Below, one piece after another: positions 9,270-22,650 of a stretch of 64,000 bases of DNA. Source of the DNA: Macrostomum lignano (Eukaryota); contig NIVC01001865.1 of the NCBI GenBank assembly GCA_002269645.1, positions 1 through 64,000 of the forward strand, given 5' to 3'. Numbering within the stretch: position 1 is the stretch's first letter; each line of letters starts with the position of its first letter. Both the position numbers and the translations under genes were made by a program. The notes beneath the pieces are model-generated. The model saw only the letters and a program-made list of their open reading frames with translations. It did no database searches and was not told where the DNA came from.

Positions 9270-11788
9270 ATGAGCGCCAGTACACGCGGCAAGTACGAGG
9301 TCGACGGAGACAAGGAAGCCCCGAAGGGTCGCTTCAGCTTCATGTACGACTCAAACGCCGGGACTTGCTTCGGCCGCACGCCCAGGTCTTGGCTGCTGAT
9401 CACCATATTTTACACCATCTATTACGCCTGTCTGGCCGGCTTCTTCGCCGGAATGCTCTCCGTGTTCCTGTTCGGCGTCATTCAGGACGAAAGGCCTCAT
9501 CTCACTGGTGAGCCGTTCGTGCTTTGAGGAGTGGGGAGAGTCTCTGCCTACGGAGTCAGACCAACAGACAGGGTCATGGGGTCCATTCGCAAACCCGAAC
9601 TTCATCACATTCCCCAAGTCTCGTGAGCTCATGAACCCCAAACTTCACATTCCCCAAGTCTCGTGAACTCATGAACCCCAAAGGTTACATTCCCCAAGTC
9701 TCGTGAACTCATGAACCCCAAGTTTATATTCCCCAAGTCTCGTGAACTCAAGAGCCCCAAAGTTCCCCAAGTCTCGTGAACTCAAGAGCCCCAAAGTTCC
9801 CTAAGTTTCGTGAGCTCATGAACCCCAAAGTTCCCTAAGTCTCATGAACTCATGAACCCCAAACTTCACATTCCCCAAGTCTCGTGAACTCATGAACCCC
9901 AAACTTCACATTCCCCAAGTCTCGTGAACTCATGAACCCCAAAGTTTACATTCCCCAAGTCTCGTGAACTCATGAACCCCAAAGTTTACATTCCCCAAGT
10001 CTCGTGAACTCATGAACCCCAAACTTCACATTCCCCAAGTCTCGTGAGCACATGAACCCCAAACTTCACATTCCCCAAGTCTCGTGAGCTCATGAACCCC
10101 AAACTTCACATTCCCCAAGTCTCGTGAGCTCATGAACCCCAAACTTCACATTCCCCAAGTCTCGTGAACTCATGAACCCCAAACTTCACATTCCCCAAGT
10201 CTCGTGAGCTCATGAACCCCAAACTTCACATTCCCCAAGTCTCGTGAACTCATGAGCCCCAAAGTAATGCACCAAAATGCATTTTGATTTCAGGCGATCA
10301 GTCGCTGCTGAGGCTCAACCCTGGCATGGGATTCCGGCCCCAGCCCCAGCCGGAGAGCTCTGTAATTAAATTCACCGCTGAAAAAACGCTACCTACCAGG
10401 AGTACGTGAGCAACCTGGAGGCATTGTATAAGGAGTACAAGAAAGCCGTCGAACCGATTAACCTGCGCGAGTGCGGCGATAATGCCACTGATGTGGATCC
10501 GACTAAGGTGTGCGCATTCGATTGGGACAAACAGATGCCCGACTGTGTGCCTGAAAACAGGTTCGTTGCTAATAGTTCATTTTGCAGGCCATAATTAACA
10601 GTTCTGCTTTGTTTAAAACTCAATTCAAGAGACTGTAAACAGCGCTGAATGGGATTTCGCCATAGACGAAAACCAGTCGTAAAAATCAGATTTCTCGATT
10701 TCTCGAGAGCACACTAAATGCACTGGCGATATTACAAATGTGCAAGAGGTGTTCAGATTTGTTTTATTGAAGCGTAAAATCTCATAGCAATACTATGTGC
10801 ATTGCAAAACTGTACCCAAGAAATTTTGTGAGACAATTGCAAATGGCACACGCTCGTGTTGGTGCCAAAATGCATTTTGGGTATGTCTTGATTAAAGTCA
10901 GCTAATAAGTGAATAAATTATTGAATCAATATTTACTGCTTTTCTACTGCTTCTCAATAGACTGTTGCATGTACGCATTTGGGCCGTAGACAAAAACCAT
11001 AGACAATAGCCATAGACAATAGCCATAGACAATAGCCATAGACAATAGCCATAGACATAAGCCATAGACATAAGCCATAGACATAAGCCGTAGACCCCTC
11101 TGCAAACTTCAAAATCGTGTTAAAAATTAAGTAGCAGGCGCATAGTATTGCTGTGAGATTTTATTCTTCAATAAAACAAACGTGAAAGAGAATGTAGGTA
11201 AAATTTTGACATATTTAAACAATCCTGCTGTTCAAAGGGAACACTGTCCGGAAACTTTTGCAACACCCTTCGTACATTTGTTACCGGCTTCAAGCTCATT
11301 TCTAAGACAATCTAGTGTACCGTCCTTCTATCCATGGATGCGTCCTCTTACCATAAATGGTCTCTTTTTTTATTCATATGCTATGTACAATTGCTTCCAG
11401 ATTCGGCTATGCGGGTGGCAGGCCCTGCGTCGTGCTCAAGCTCAACCGCATCTTCGGCTGGCTGCCCGACCCGATCGACCCCGCTGTGCCGCACCCCATA
11501 GTGCGCTGTGTCGGCGAGAACCCAGCCGATAACGAGAACCTCGGCCAGCCGGACTATCAGCCAAGCCTGGGGGCCAATGGCACCTCTAGCGGCTACTTCA
11601 GCCAAGAATACTTCCCTTACCTGAAGCAGGTGGACTACCGGTCCCCTCTGGTAGCCGTCGTATTTAAAAATCTGCCAAGAAACACCCTGGTGATGGTGGA
11701 GTGCCGGCTGGAGAATTTGAACAACGCGGTGTACGACAAGGCCGACCGGCAGGCCATGGTTCGATTCGACATGTTCATGCAGGAATGA
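9270..11788 (+). CDS. ATP1B: Na+/K+-ATPase beta subunit (3 exons; 1-nt frameshift in exon 2 as assembled)
   Basis: Exons 9270-9507, 10294-10560, 11401-11788, all GT-AG. Family motifs GRTPRSW, FYxxYY-TM, NPGMGFRP, FGYAGGRPCVVLKLNRIFGW, YFPY, YRSPLVAVVF, VECR. Total 893 nt is one base short of a 297-aa ORF; the break is the A6 run at 10381-10386. Confidence 0.95.
9600..10263. repeat. 40-bp minisatellite in ATP1B intron 1 (AAACTTCACATTCCCCAAGTCTCGTGAACTCATGAACCCC)
   Basis: Period 40 (e.g. catgaacccc at 9851 and 9891), about 16 units, shorter variants in 9720-9850. Confidence 0.95.
11006..11096. repeat. 13-bp tandem repeat (GCCATAGACAATA/GCCATAGACATAA) in ATP1B intron 2
   Basis: About 7 units visible. 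Confidence 0.9.
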
Positions 11789-12649
11789 GGCATCCCAGAG
11801 CTGCTAACTGAGGAACTCATATTTAGTATATAGGATAGTATCTAAGCAGGCTGAGACCGATGTTTTTGCTGAATTGGAGATGGCGTCACCACCAGGAAGT
11901 CGCAAATTATCAATTGAAGGTTTTAGCTATTTGTATCGTTGCTTAAATTTTTGCATACTGCAGCACTAGCAATGCTTAGCCCCAGCTTACTACAATTCAC
12001 TTATATTTTCTCTTCTGGCATGACTCTTCTTTAATATCTTAGATCTTTGGAAAACTTTTGCTTTGTCGCGTGCCGTACAATAATAGTCTGTCTTTTGTTT
12101 TGGTTCTCAAATCGGGCGGGTCTGTGCAATATCCTGTCTGAAATTTCAAAGCTATAAGAGTTTTTTGCCGTGGCAATCATTTCTGAATAGCTGTGCCAAC
12201 TGTTTGACAGATGAGCGATAGCTCAACCGTGAAATAAAAAATGCAAAAAAATTAGGTCTATTATCAATTTATTGTTATCTGCAATGTTTTGCAACAAGCT
12301 GCAATAAGAATTGAAATAAATTTCCAAGGATTCGGTTTGATTTCTTTTTCGAAATTTGCGCAAAAAACCCTATTCTCCTACTTACATGTAACATAGTAAT
12401 CTTAAGCGCAACTTAAGTAGTTCACCCAGTTTTCATCAGCATCCTTTCTTGAGACGCTAGCCTAAAATATCCTGGCATATCTTGATTCTGTCTGTGGCAC
12501 TGAGCTGCTAACAAGCCGCCTTGACTACAACAATAAGCAAACAATAAGCAAACAAAAGCCATCAGAAAGCAATACATCAGAAGTACGAACACGATAAGCA
12601 TTTCTCCCGCGTTGAGTCAAGTTCGACTCCTCATCCGGCCTTAATCAGA

Positions 12650-14769
12650 ATGTTAGCAACTTTGCCGAGGGCCTTGAACAGCCGCAGAAATTGCCTCCGG
12701 CTGCGGTGCCGCTGCATGCGCACCCTCATCTCCAGCCTGCTGTCGCCGCTTGCCCATGCCATGTCAATGCTGGTGATCACAATGACCCTGCTGCTCACTG
12801 TTGGAGACCTGATAGCCAGGCTTGAAAACTTCGGCATCAGGGCGCGCAACGACTCGATGCAGTTCGCAATACATCTGGTGACTCGGAGTAACCTCAGCCA
12901 GAAGAGGCTTGTCGAGCAGCTGGGCAAATGGAGTCAACAAACCCGATGGAACACCGAGGAGGGCGTCTATTTTACTTTCTCTCTGCTGAGCACTATTGGT
13001 GAGCTGTTTGTGAACAATCGTCAAACTTGATTGATAATCGTCTGAACTGAGCATGATATTTTGGGACATACATGTATAGATCCCCTTGACTTAGCTGATC
13101 ATCCTGTATGTGTTGATGATCATCCTGTATGAGTTGATCATCCTATTGTATGAGTTGATCATCCTATATGAGTTGATCATCCTGTATGAGCTGATCATCC
13201 TGTATGATTTGATCATCCTATTGTATGAGTTGATCATCCTGTATGAGTTGATCATCCTGTATGATTTGATGATCATCCTGCATGAATTGATCATCCTGTA
13301 TGAGTTGATCATCCTATTGTATGAGTTGATCATCCTGTATGAGTTGATCATCCTGTATGATTTGATGATCATCCTGTATGAATTGATCATCCTGTATGAT
13401 TTGATGATCATCCTGCATGAATTGATCATCCTGTATGAGTTGATCATCCTATTGTATGAGTTGATCATCCTGTATGAGTTGATCATCCTGTATGATTTGA
13501 TGATCATCCTGTATGAATTGATCATCCTGTATGATTTGATGATCATCCTGCATGAATTGATCATCCTGTATGAGTTGATCATCCTATTGTATGAGTTGAT
13601 CATCCTGTATGAGTTGATCATCCTGTATGATTTGATGATCATCCTGCATGAATTGATCATCCTGTATGAGTTGATCATCCTATTGTATGAGTTGATCATC
13701 CTGTATGAGTTGATCATCCTGTATGATTTGATCATCCTATTGTATGAGTTGATCATCCTATTGTATGATTTGATCATCCTGTATGATTTGATCATCCTAT
13801 TGTATGATAGCGGAATGGGCGCCCGCGCCTTCCCGCTGTGTCCCCTCCGGGACAGCCCTGCAGCTAACCCCTATTGTATGAGTTGATCATCCTGTATGAG
13901 TTGATCATCCTGTATGAGTTGATCATCCTGTATGAGTTGATCATCCTATTGTATGAGTTGATCATCCTGTATGAGTTGATCATCCTGTATGAGTTGATCA
14001 TCCTGTGTGAGTTTATCTTTGGGCTCATGACCTTGTTCATGGATTTTCTGACTTCTTACGGAAAGGGCTGCAAGACTATCGTGTCATTATTAGTGAGTGG
14101 CCATCCGCATTAGGCAATTATTACTTCCAGTGGCTTAAATCCTCGTGTTTTGTGGCTGAATAGGCGGCGTGCAAGACGCTCACCTCAATTTCCAACCAAT
14201 GTACAGGATACGGCAAGTACTGCCCAATCACCAAAGCTGGCCGCTGGGTTAGCGGGATCTTCATCGCCCTATTCGTGCCCATCGGGGTGCTGTACGTTCA
14301 GAACCTGTCCAGCGTCTACCAGTCCATGCTCAGCCGCCTGCTCATTGAACTGCGACAGCGGCTGAGCTCTAGCCAGCGGCTAAGCCGTCTGATCTTCCCA
14401 AACGGCGACGAAACGATCGTCGTGATCCCAATCACCATGCTGACGCTGGTGATGCAGGCCCACCTCATAGTTGCAATAGTTTTCCTCTGCATCATCGAGG
14501 ATTGGACACCCATGCAGAGCCTCTATTTCCTTATCAGCACGGTGACCTCGATCGGATTTGGCGACTTCCACACCGGAACGCACAACCTCTCGTACGTGCT
14601 GGCCAGCATTCTATTCCAGCTGCACTTATTTGCCCTGTTTATGCTTCTCATAAACTACTTGAACGACGCGCTGGAGTGGATTCTACAGGCAGCTCAAGCG
14701 CCCAACCGTGCTTCAAATTCAGGTAAAAAGTTGGGGTGCCTTCGCACAACGGGACTGCGCTGTTGCTAG
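12650..14769 (+). CDS. Two-pore-domain (K2P/KCNK-family) potassium channel, 2 exons, ~303 aa
   Basis: Exons 12650-12998 and 14207-14769 splice in phase (G|GA) to give pore loop 1 VYFTFSLLSTIGYG, followed by CPITKAGR. Pore loop 2 is LYFLISTVTSIGFGD; four hydrophobic segments. The start codon and a possible extra donor at 14723 are uncertain. AATAAA at 15190-15195. Confidence 0.88.
13093..14006. repeat. 18-bp minisatellite (GATCATCCTGTATGAGTT) in the K2P intron, interrupted at 13809-13869
   Basis: Directly visible; 18- and 21-bp variants; source of spurious ORFs 13091-13886. Confidence 0.95.
13809..13869 (+). mobile_element. ~60-bp 3'-terminal stub of a LINE related to the 2640-4466 element
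   Basis: ATGGGCG..CGCCT..CGCTG..TCC...CCCTGCAGCTAA is collinear with LINE 3' UTR ~4403-4454, and the last 12 nt are identical. Flanked on both sides by CCTATTGTATGA. Confidence 0.6.
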
Positions 14770-15619
14770 TCCGCTGCCGCAAGTCACAGCGAGAGACGAG
14801 ACAAGAAGTCGCGCTCATTTCGCTGAGCCCCGAGCACGCACTCGGACACATACACAGGCACTCGCTCACGCAGGGTGTACAACGACCCCAACTCCCCACT
14901 GAGCTGCTCTCCCCCTTCGACTGCACTGTTGCTTCCCACTGGCTGCATGTAGCCGACTGCAGAGTTACGGCACATTGTTTGGCTTTGACTTTTGATACAA
15001 GTCAGTTAGTTGCCTTAACCAGTTCGCAGTTAAATGCGCCCCTGAAAGTGCTTTTTATGGCTTATAATGGCACTAAGGTCAGCCCGCATATTATAGTGAA
15101 TGTTACATCAGACATTTGGTAGTCCACTAGAGATGCCTGCGCCGACCCACTGGGCTTGCAACTCTCTACAAACCAGAACATCTTTCTACAATAAATTTCA
15201 GTGTTTCCTCGAAGCTCAACGCTAGCACCAATTCAGGACACTAGAGCATCCAGGGCCACTGTGGCTTCAGCATGACACCCAAATTCATCCAGCTGGTTAC
15301 TACCCGGAAATCCGATTGCATCCCTCCACATCCGCGATCCACTTCTTGATCTACCAGGCCGAATAATCAGGAGTTGAATTTGATTCATTCTGCTGTTACC
15401 TTTGATTCCTTGCTTTCCATTCTGTCCAAACCAGCTGTGTTGCACTGCACTGCGAAAGTGCAGTGTGTGCTTGCTTCCTCGACAGCAAATTGTCCATTGC
15501 TCATAGTTGGCTTTCGTACAATAAATTGAATCTGAGACATGGGTGACCTACAGTTTTATGTAAATTACAATACTCGTAAATATGAGAAGCACGTCTATTT
15601 TTTTTCAGTGGATTTCTCT

Positions 15620-16330
15620 CCTGTCTGCCCCACCCTTCTTGCCTGCCCCACCCCTATTGCCTGCCCCACCCCTCTTACCCCACCCCTACTACCCCACCCT
15701 CCTACCCCCACCCCTCCTACCCCACCCCTCCTACCCCCACCCCTCCTACCCCCACCCCTCCTGCCTGCCCCACTCCTGCCAGCCCCACTCCTCCTGCCTG
15801 CCTCACTCCTACCTGCCCCCTCCTCCTGCATGCCCACTCCTCCTGCCAGCCCCACTCCTCCTGCCTGCCCCACTCCTCCTGCCTGCCACCACCCCTCTTA
15901 CCCCCACCCCTACTGCCTGCCCCACTCCTGCCTGCCCCACTCCTCCTGCCTGCCACACTCCTCCTGCATGCCCACTTCTGCCAGCCCCACTCCTCCTGCC
16001 TGCCACCACCCCTCTTACCCCCACCCCTACTGCCTGCCCCACTCCTGCCTGCCCCACTCCTCCTGCCTGCCCCACTCCTCCTGCCTGCCACCACCCCTCT
16101 TACCCCCACCCCTACTGCCTGCCCCACTCCTGCCTGCCCCACTCCTCCTGCCTGCCCCACTCCTCCTGCCTGCCACCACCCTCTTACCCCCACCCCTACT
16201 GCCTGCCCCACTCCTGCCTGCCCCACTCCTCCTGCCTGCCACACTCCTCCTGCATGCCCACTTCTGCCAGCCCCACTCCTCCTGCCTGCCACCACCCCTC
16301 TTACCCCCACCCCTACTGCCTACCCCTACC
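15620..16330. repeat. C-rich compound minisatellite (CCTGCCTGCCCCACTCCT-like)
   Basis: Directly visible; G-run rich on the minus strand. Confidence 0.9.
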
Positions 16331-17012
16331 ACTCTCAAGCCAGCATCATATCGATTCTAATACGCTCGTAAGAACACAAAATTTGATTTCTAACCATCAA
16401 GAAAATGTTTGCTTGCATTAACAATGAATTAATCGTATTATTGCTCAAGAATACATATCTAGAAGTTTTGTCAAACTCCATAATTAGACCTCAAGCCTCA
16501 AGCAAGTTCTCTATCTACAGAACGATTGAATCAGTTGGTGCAGCCATTTCTTGCTATTAATTTGCGCCTAGGCTTAATTCTACGTTTGCCATTAATGACA
16601 GAGCCGTTTGTGTTGAATCACCTGAGGGCTTCAAGTCAAAGCGAATTATAGATTTAGTTAACCACACTTTGTGTTATTGTGTCGCACTACTAACTTCGTG
16701 TTTGGCTACAATTGTACTTTTGGGTGTTTTCCACATACGCTCGTACATGGCAACTGCTGGTTTAGAGCAGGTGTAGCTGACTTGTTGCCTCGAGACTGAA
16801 TTCCAAATTTTCGAGCGGCTTCATCAATTTGAAGAAGCTGCGACTAATTTGATTATTCGATCGAAGGGGCGCAGCAGAGATTTTGAGGCTTATGGATTCG
16901 GTCGCGGCGCAGGGTGACCGGCTTCTGCCTAGATATGATCACATGCTTGCTGCTTTATTGGATTTCTGCAGCAAAATTGTAGCATGGTTATATGCCATAA
17001 ATTCTGGAATCT

Positions 17013-17118
17013 ACCCGGATACTGTCTGGAGTCCACCCGGATACTGTCTGGAGTCCACCCGGATACTGTCTGGAGTCCACCCGGATACTGTCTGGAGTCC
17101 ACCCGGATACTGTCTGGA
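17013..17118. repeat. 22-bp repeat, 5 units (ACCCGGATACTGTCTGGAGTCC)
   Basis: Units start at 17013, 17035, 17057, 17079 and 17101. Confidence 0.95.
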
Positions 17119-17428
17119 TTTTTCCTTGTAGTACAAACTAGGAAGATAACACTATTATAGAATTTTTAACACGTGCTCTGCTTTCTACAGGAGCCTACAC
17201 TTACGGGAAAACTTTTAGATTCAATAGTCTTTACTCACCTTTATTCCCGGCAGCTTAACACGCAAGTCAACTTGTTTACCAAATCAATACGCCGAATAGA
17301 GAAGCTTGCCCTTCTGGATTGACACAGGGACTGAATTTTCTGATTGTGCCTACAACTGGGACCGAAGATTTATAACTGTACATATACTTTTTTGCGAATT
17401 TTTATTAGCCTTGAATTGTTGATTTTTA

Positions 17429-17829
<401 letters not shown>

Positions 17830-20800
17830 GGTTATCTACAACGTCTAGCCTTAGAAAAGTTTGCCAAAACCGGTAATACACTGTTTGCACTATTAAAAGG
17901 CCACAGCTACCCTTGCATAATTTTTACTTCTCAGTCGTAGTTGCTGGGAAGCAGCTTAAAAAATCAGAATGTCAAAACCATCGAGTCTAATTTTAGTCTC
18001 AATAGGTAAAAAAGCCACTAAAAGGCTCTTCATCTGAGCTGCCCGACTGCCATGTTGCATCAGCCGGTTCAAGCTAATTAAGGAGCACGCGGGCAAAGAC
18101 AGACATTACGCAAACCGGAGCCGCTAGCTGCAGTCCCGCTGTCATTTTTCTTTAAGTTAGCCAGCAGGAGGCTGACAGCAGGGTCGGGACCGGTTTGAGA
18201 GACACTTAAGCAGTCGGCGGAGACACTGCCAACGTCAAGTGGCCGCCTCTCCCGCCCGCCAGGAACTCTCCTCTTCTCCTTCGATCTGCTCCCCTGAGCT
18301 GCGGGGGGTCGGGAACTTTTAGCCCGCTTTAGACAGCTGAGCACTAGCGCGAGCTTGAGGTGGGCTGCAGCATCAAAAACTTTCCTCATCGAGCCACTTC
18401 ATGCTCAGCCTCTGCATCGCGTGCGTTCCCCTCTCTCCCGTCTCCTGTTTCTCTTCCTTTTCCTGATTCCATCTGTCCTGGCTTGCTTGTCGCCTCAAAG
18501 CTGCCAACAAGTCTTCTTGTCTTTGAGACACTTCACGCATCCCTCGTCTGCTTTGCCGTCTCGGCTGCTAGTAATTTCTTCTCGGCCCTTTATTTCCTGA
18601 ATGCTCAAGCCTGTCTAGTTCGAGTAGCTACTTGTCTGAATCCGACTGGGTCTCCTGTGCCTCTTCGTGTCCGTGTCTATATTTCCATGATGCTGGTTGC
18701 CGCCACACCCTGTAACCCTACTTCATTGCCAAACTAATCTTGGCTGCAAAATCCTATACACTTCGCACCGCACGCACACACCTGCTACGCCTACTTTAAG
18801 CTAACTGATACTCCTTGTAGAGCACAATCGATATATGGCAATTTTTTTGTTCAGGAAGTAAGGTGTCAGATTTTTCCTCCTTCTGCTACAGTCCCGACAC
18901 GATGCCTTGCTGTGGTATTGTTACGTTATAGACACTCTGCATGTAGACGGAGGCACCCTCGCTTCCAGTCACGTGACTTCTGCGGCCGGAGAGCATATCC
19001 AGGGTCCAAGGGGAAGTCGGCTGTAGTTGCGCCCGATGTTTGGGCCATAGACATTCTAGTTCACTATCCGATTTATACACTTGGTCTATGAAACCGTCGC
19101 ACTTGTAACTCTTGTCGCTTGTGCCTGTTCACTTGTAATTTGCGAAATGTATCAAACACCACGCCGTAGCGCAAAACCCCGGGGTTCAGACCATAGACTG
19201 TGGCTTCTGTTGCTCCTCAAGCGTTAGCACTTGAAGAAAAGCACCTGAAAAGCTTTAAAATCAGTCGGACATGGTCTCGGAGACGGCCGCTCAATACACT
19301 TGCGAATTCTGGAATGACGCATCTCCAGTCTAGAATCTGTGATTTGAACTTTCAAAAAGGTCTCTGCAATATTCATGCTGCATCTCATTGCATTTGTTGT
19401 TGAGTCTGTTGTATAGAAATAAGTATTGATGCATTGACAAGTTCTTTTAACTTTTAACTCGTTTAGCTTGGGCAACCCGCGAAAATAGCGAGAAATACTA
19501 GGCTTAGTCCCTAAATATTCATCTGGCTAGAGATTATCAGGCCAATTCTATGCACTGTTTTTTCTGTCAATCAGCCTCTGATGATGATGGTGATAAATCA
19601 ACCTCTAAAAATGACTAGATAAAACAGTGTTTATCCGTTATGTTATCTTCATTCATTTTTCTCTAAATGCAGCAAGAATGCTTCAAAGCCGTTCGTAGCT
19701 GGAAAGCAAATTTTGCCGCATCAAACTGATGGCAGGCAGGCAGCCTCTAAAAGCTGGCTTTGGCGCTGGCGTGCTGCAAAAATGCCATTCTGGATTTTGT
19801 TGGCTGGCTGAATTCCGGCTAGGTAGTGCTGGGCGGTTGAAGCGCACTGATGCTTCAGGAATGCGGGAATTCGCCACTTCCTGACAGGTGCGCGCGGATA
19901 GAACTCCAATCATCGCCTCAGTACATTCTCTAGTTGCTGAACAGAAACTTTTTTAGATACTTTCTAAATTACTGCACTCACACTGGCATTGCGATAGTCT
20001 ATAAAAGTACATCAACTTAAACGCGGTGTAGTTTAATGTACTAATAACTTGTCTCACGACAGTGTAATGTGGTAGAGTACCTGACATGGTGGGAGCATAA
20101 AATTCAAGAGCAATTAAAATCTGGAGCCAGGAGCAGGGCTCTGTGAGTTTCAGACTCATCCACTCCCGTGAAATGCCGCGCTAGAGATTATCTGCATATC
20201 TCAGTGGCAGTTCACAAGCAAAGCGCACTGCGGCTGACTGTCCAGCTAGAAGCACCTTAGTGGCACCCCGGCAGAGCAAAATGCATGTTATTTTCCGCGA
20301 AACTAGACCAGTCTTGACATGATACGCTTGTACTTTCGTTACGTCACGCCTTACAAAAGCTGGAACACGGCCAAGCTAATTAGTCTATATAGTAGTGCGC
20401 TATGCCAATACAATAGTTCTCTATGCATAATCTCTTGCTCATCGAGTGGACTTGCTTCGACTCCCCGTAGCCGCAGGGCTATACGAGTACGCAATCCTTT
20501 GCAACCGGGCCCGCAGGAAGCAGCACAGCTTGGCATTGTCTTGACCGATGCCGAATAATGCAACCGGAAGACCCTTTCAATGGACCCGCGGCGGCACGCA
20601 TCCCTGCCTAGCCCGGCACAAAGTGCATCTTGGGCGAAGGCTCTTCGGTATAGGGGGAGGGGGGTTTGGAGGCATCCGTCTTGCTCAGCGCTTAGGCAGC
20701 TCACGCCTCAGTGGCTTGCAGTTTTTAGACTTGCGAACACTTCGCATGCACATTTCCCATTATATATTACGAATTAGGAACACGCCATTCGGGACCGCTA

Positions 20801-21249
20801 AGAATTTGGGACAGGAATGGGAGAGAGAGTGAAAAGGGAGAATTAAATTCTGCCGCGGGTTGCTTATACACCAGACCTTGGGGGCTGCTGCTACTGATCC
20901 CCCAGCATCCTCTAAACGCACTCCCAAACGCTCACTACTCGCAAACTCCAGGCGATCAATGCCTTCGCCTCGGTTCGCGAATATTGCCGGCCAGCCCGCC
21001 CTCCTTGCTCATCAATTATACATGGAAGAAAGCAGCGCTATGGCCTTGGATCGACCGAAATATTTTTTCAAGAGCCTAAACTTTGTGAAAATGCAGACAA
21101 TGCAGGTGCTTGAATTTCAGTTGTTTGTTTGTGTAGCCACAAAATCGAAACAATGATGTTCGATGGACAAATTGTGGGTTAGTTTTCGATAAGAGGGAGT
21201 TCTTGGTTGAGTCTTCGTAAACAGGCTTCACAAACACACTGACGATTGT

Positions 21250-22276
21250 CTTGCCATACATGTAGAAGTGTCTACAGACAGAATGACTTGCCATAGAAGT
21301 GTCTACAGACAGAATGACTTGCCATAGAAGTGTCTACAGACAGAATGACTTGCCATAGAAGTGTCTACAGACAGAATGACTTGCCATAGAAGTGTCTACA
21401 GACAGAATGACTTGCCATAGAAGTGTCTACAGACAGAATGACTTGCCATAGAAGTGTCTACAGACAGAATGACTTGCCATAGAAGTGTCTACAGACAGAA
21501 TGACTTGCCATAGAAGTGTCTACAGACAGAATGACTTGCCATAGAAGTGTCTACAGACAGAATGACTTGCCATAGAAGTGTCTACAGACAGAATGACTTG
21601 CCATAGAAGTGTCTACAGACAGAATGACTTGCCATAGAAGTGTCTACAGACAGAATGACTTGCCATAGAAGTGTCTACAGACAGAATGACTTGCCATAGA
21701 AGTGTCTACAGACAGAATGACTTGCCATAGAAGTGTCTACAGACAGAATGACTTGCCATAGAAGTGTCTACAGACAGAATGACTTGCCATAGAAGTGTCT
21801 ACAGACAGAATGACTTGCCATAGAAGTGTCTACAGACAGAATGACTTGCCATAGAAGTGTCTACAGACAGAATGACTTGCCATAGAAGTGTCTACAGACA
21901 GAATGACTTGCCATAGAAGTGTCTACAGACAGAATGACTTGCCATAGAAGTGTCTACAGACAGAATGACTTGCCATAGAAGTGTCTACAGACAGAATGAC
22001 TTGCCATAGAAGTGTCTACAGACAGAATGACTTGCCATAGAAGTGTCTACAGACAGAATGACTTGCCATAGAAGTGTCTACAGACAGAATGACTTGCCAT
22101 AGAAGTGTCTACAGACAGAATGACTTGCCATAGAAGTGTCTACAGACAGAATGACTTGCCATAGAAGTGTCTACAGACAGAATGACTTGCCATAGAAGTG
22201 TCTACAGACAAAATGACTTGGCATAGAAGTATCTACAGACAGAATGACTTGCCGTAGAAGTGTCCACAGACAGAAT
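21250..22276. repeat. 31-bp minisatellite (GACTTGCCATAGAAGTGTCTACAGACAGAAT), ~33 units
   Basis: Period 31 (gtctacag at 21301 and 21332). Internal units look identical; only terminal units diverge. No spacers. Confidence 0.97.
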
Positions 22277-22537
22277 GTCTTTCTCGAAGCACTGCCTGAA
22301 TATTTCTCTTTAGGGAGTCCCAAAGACGCTTACACGGCAGATTAAACAGGGGAGACGGAACTAAAGTGCATTATTTGCCTTGTAATTATCGAAGCCATAA
22401 GCTTCAGTAGTTAGTCTCAATTTGGATCTATAAATTTGCTCTCGAGCTGCCAGGTGATCCTTCAGTTTCTTCTCTGTAGAGAAGCGACATCCCTACGGGA
22501 AGAGCGAATCAATATCTATCGACGCTTCGCCCATGAT

Positions 22538-22650
<113 letters not shown>

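Noticed and set aside
10375-10395. Programmed -1 ribosomal frameshift in ATP1B
   Set aside because: In-frame GAA AAA ACG does not fit X XXY YYZ, I see no downstream stimulatory structure, and A6 is short for transcriptional slippage. An error or mutation is simpler.
13091-14113. Long ORFs (234, 258 and 79 aa)
   Set aside because: Translations of the 18-bp array inside the K2P intron.
18078-18737. ORFs of 81-125 aa, plus a purine-rich minus-strand stretch resembling decayed coding sequence
   Set aside because: No recognisable motif, several stops and no supported splice structure.
21250-22276. CRISPR-like array (31-bp repeats with a degenerate end)
   Set aside because: Units are contiguous with no unique spacers, there are no cas genes, and the context is eukaryotic.
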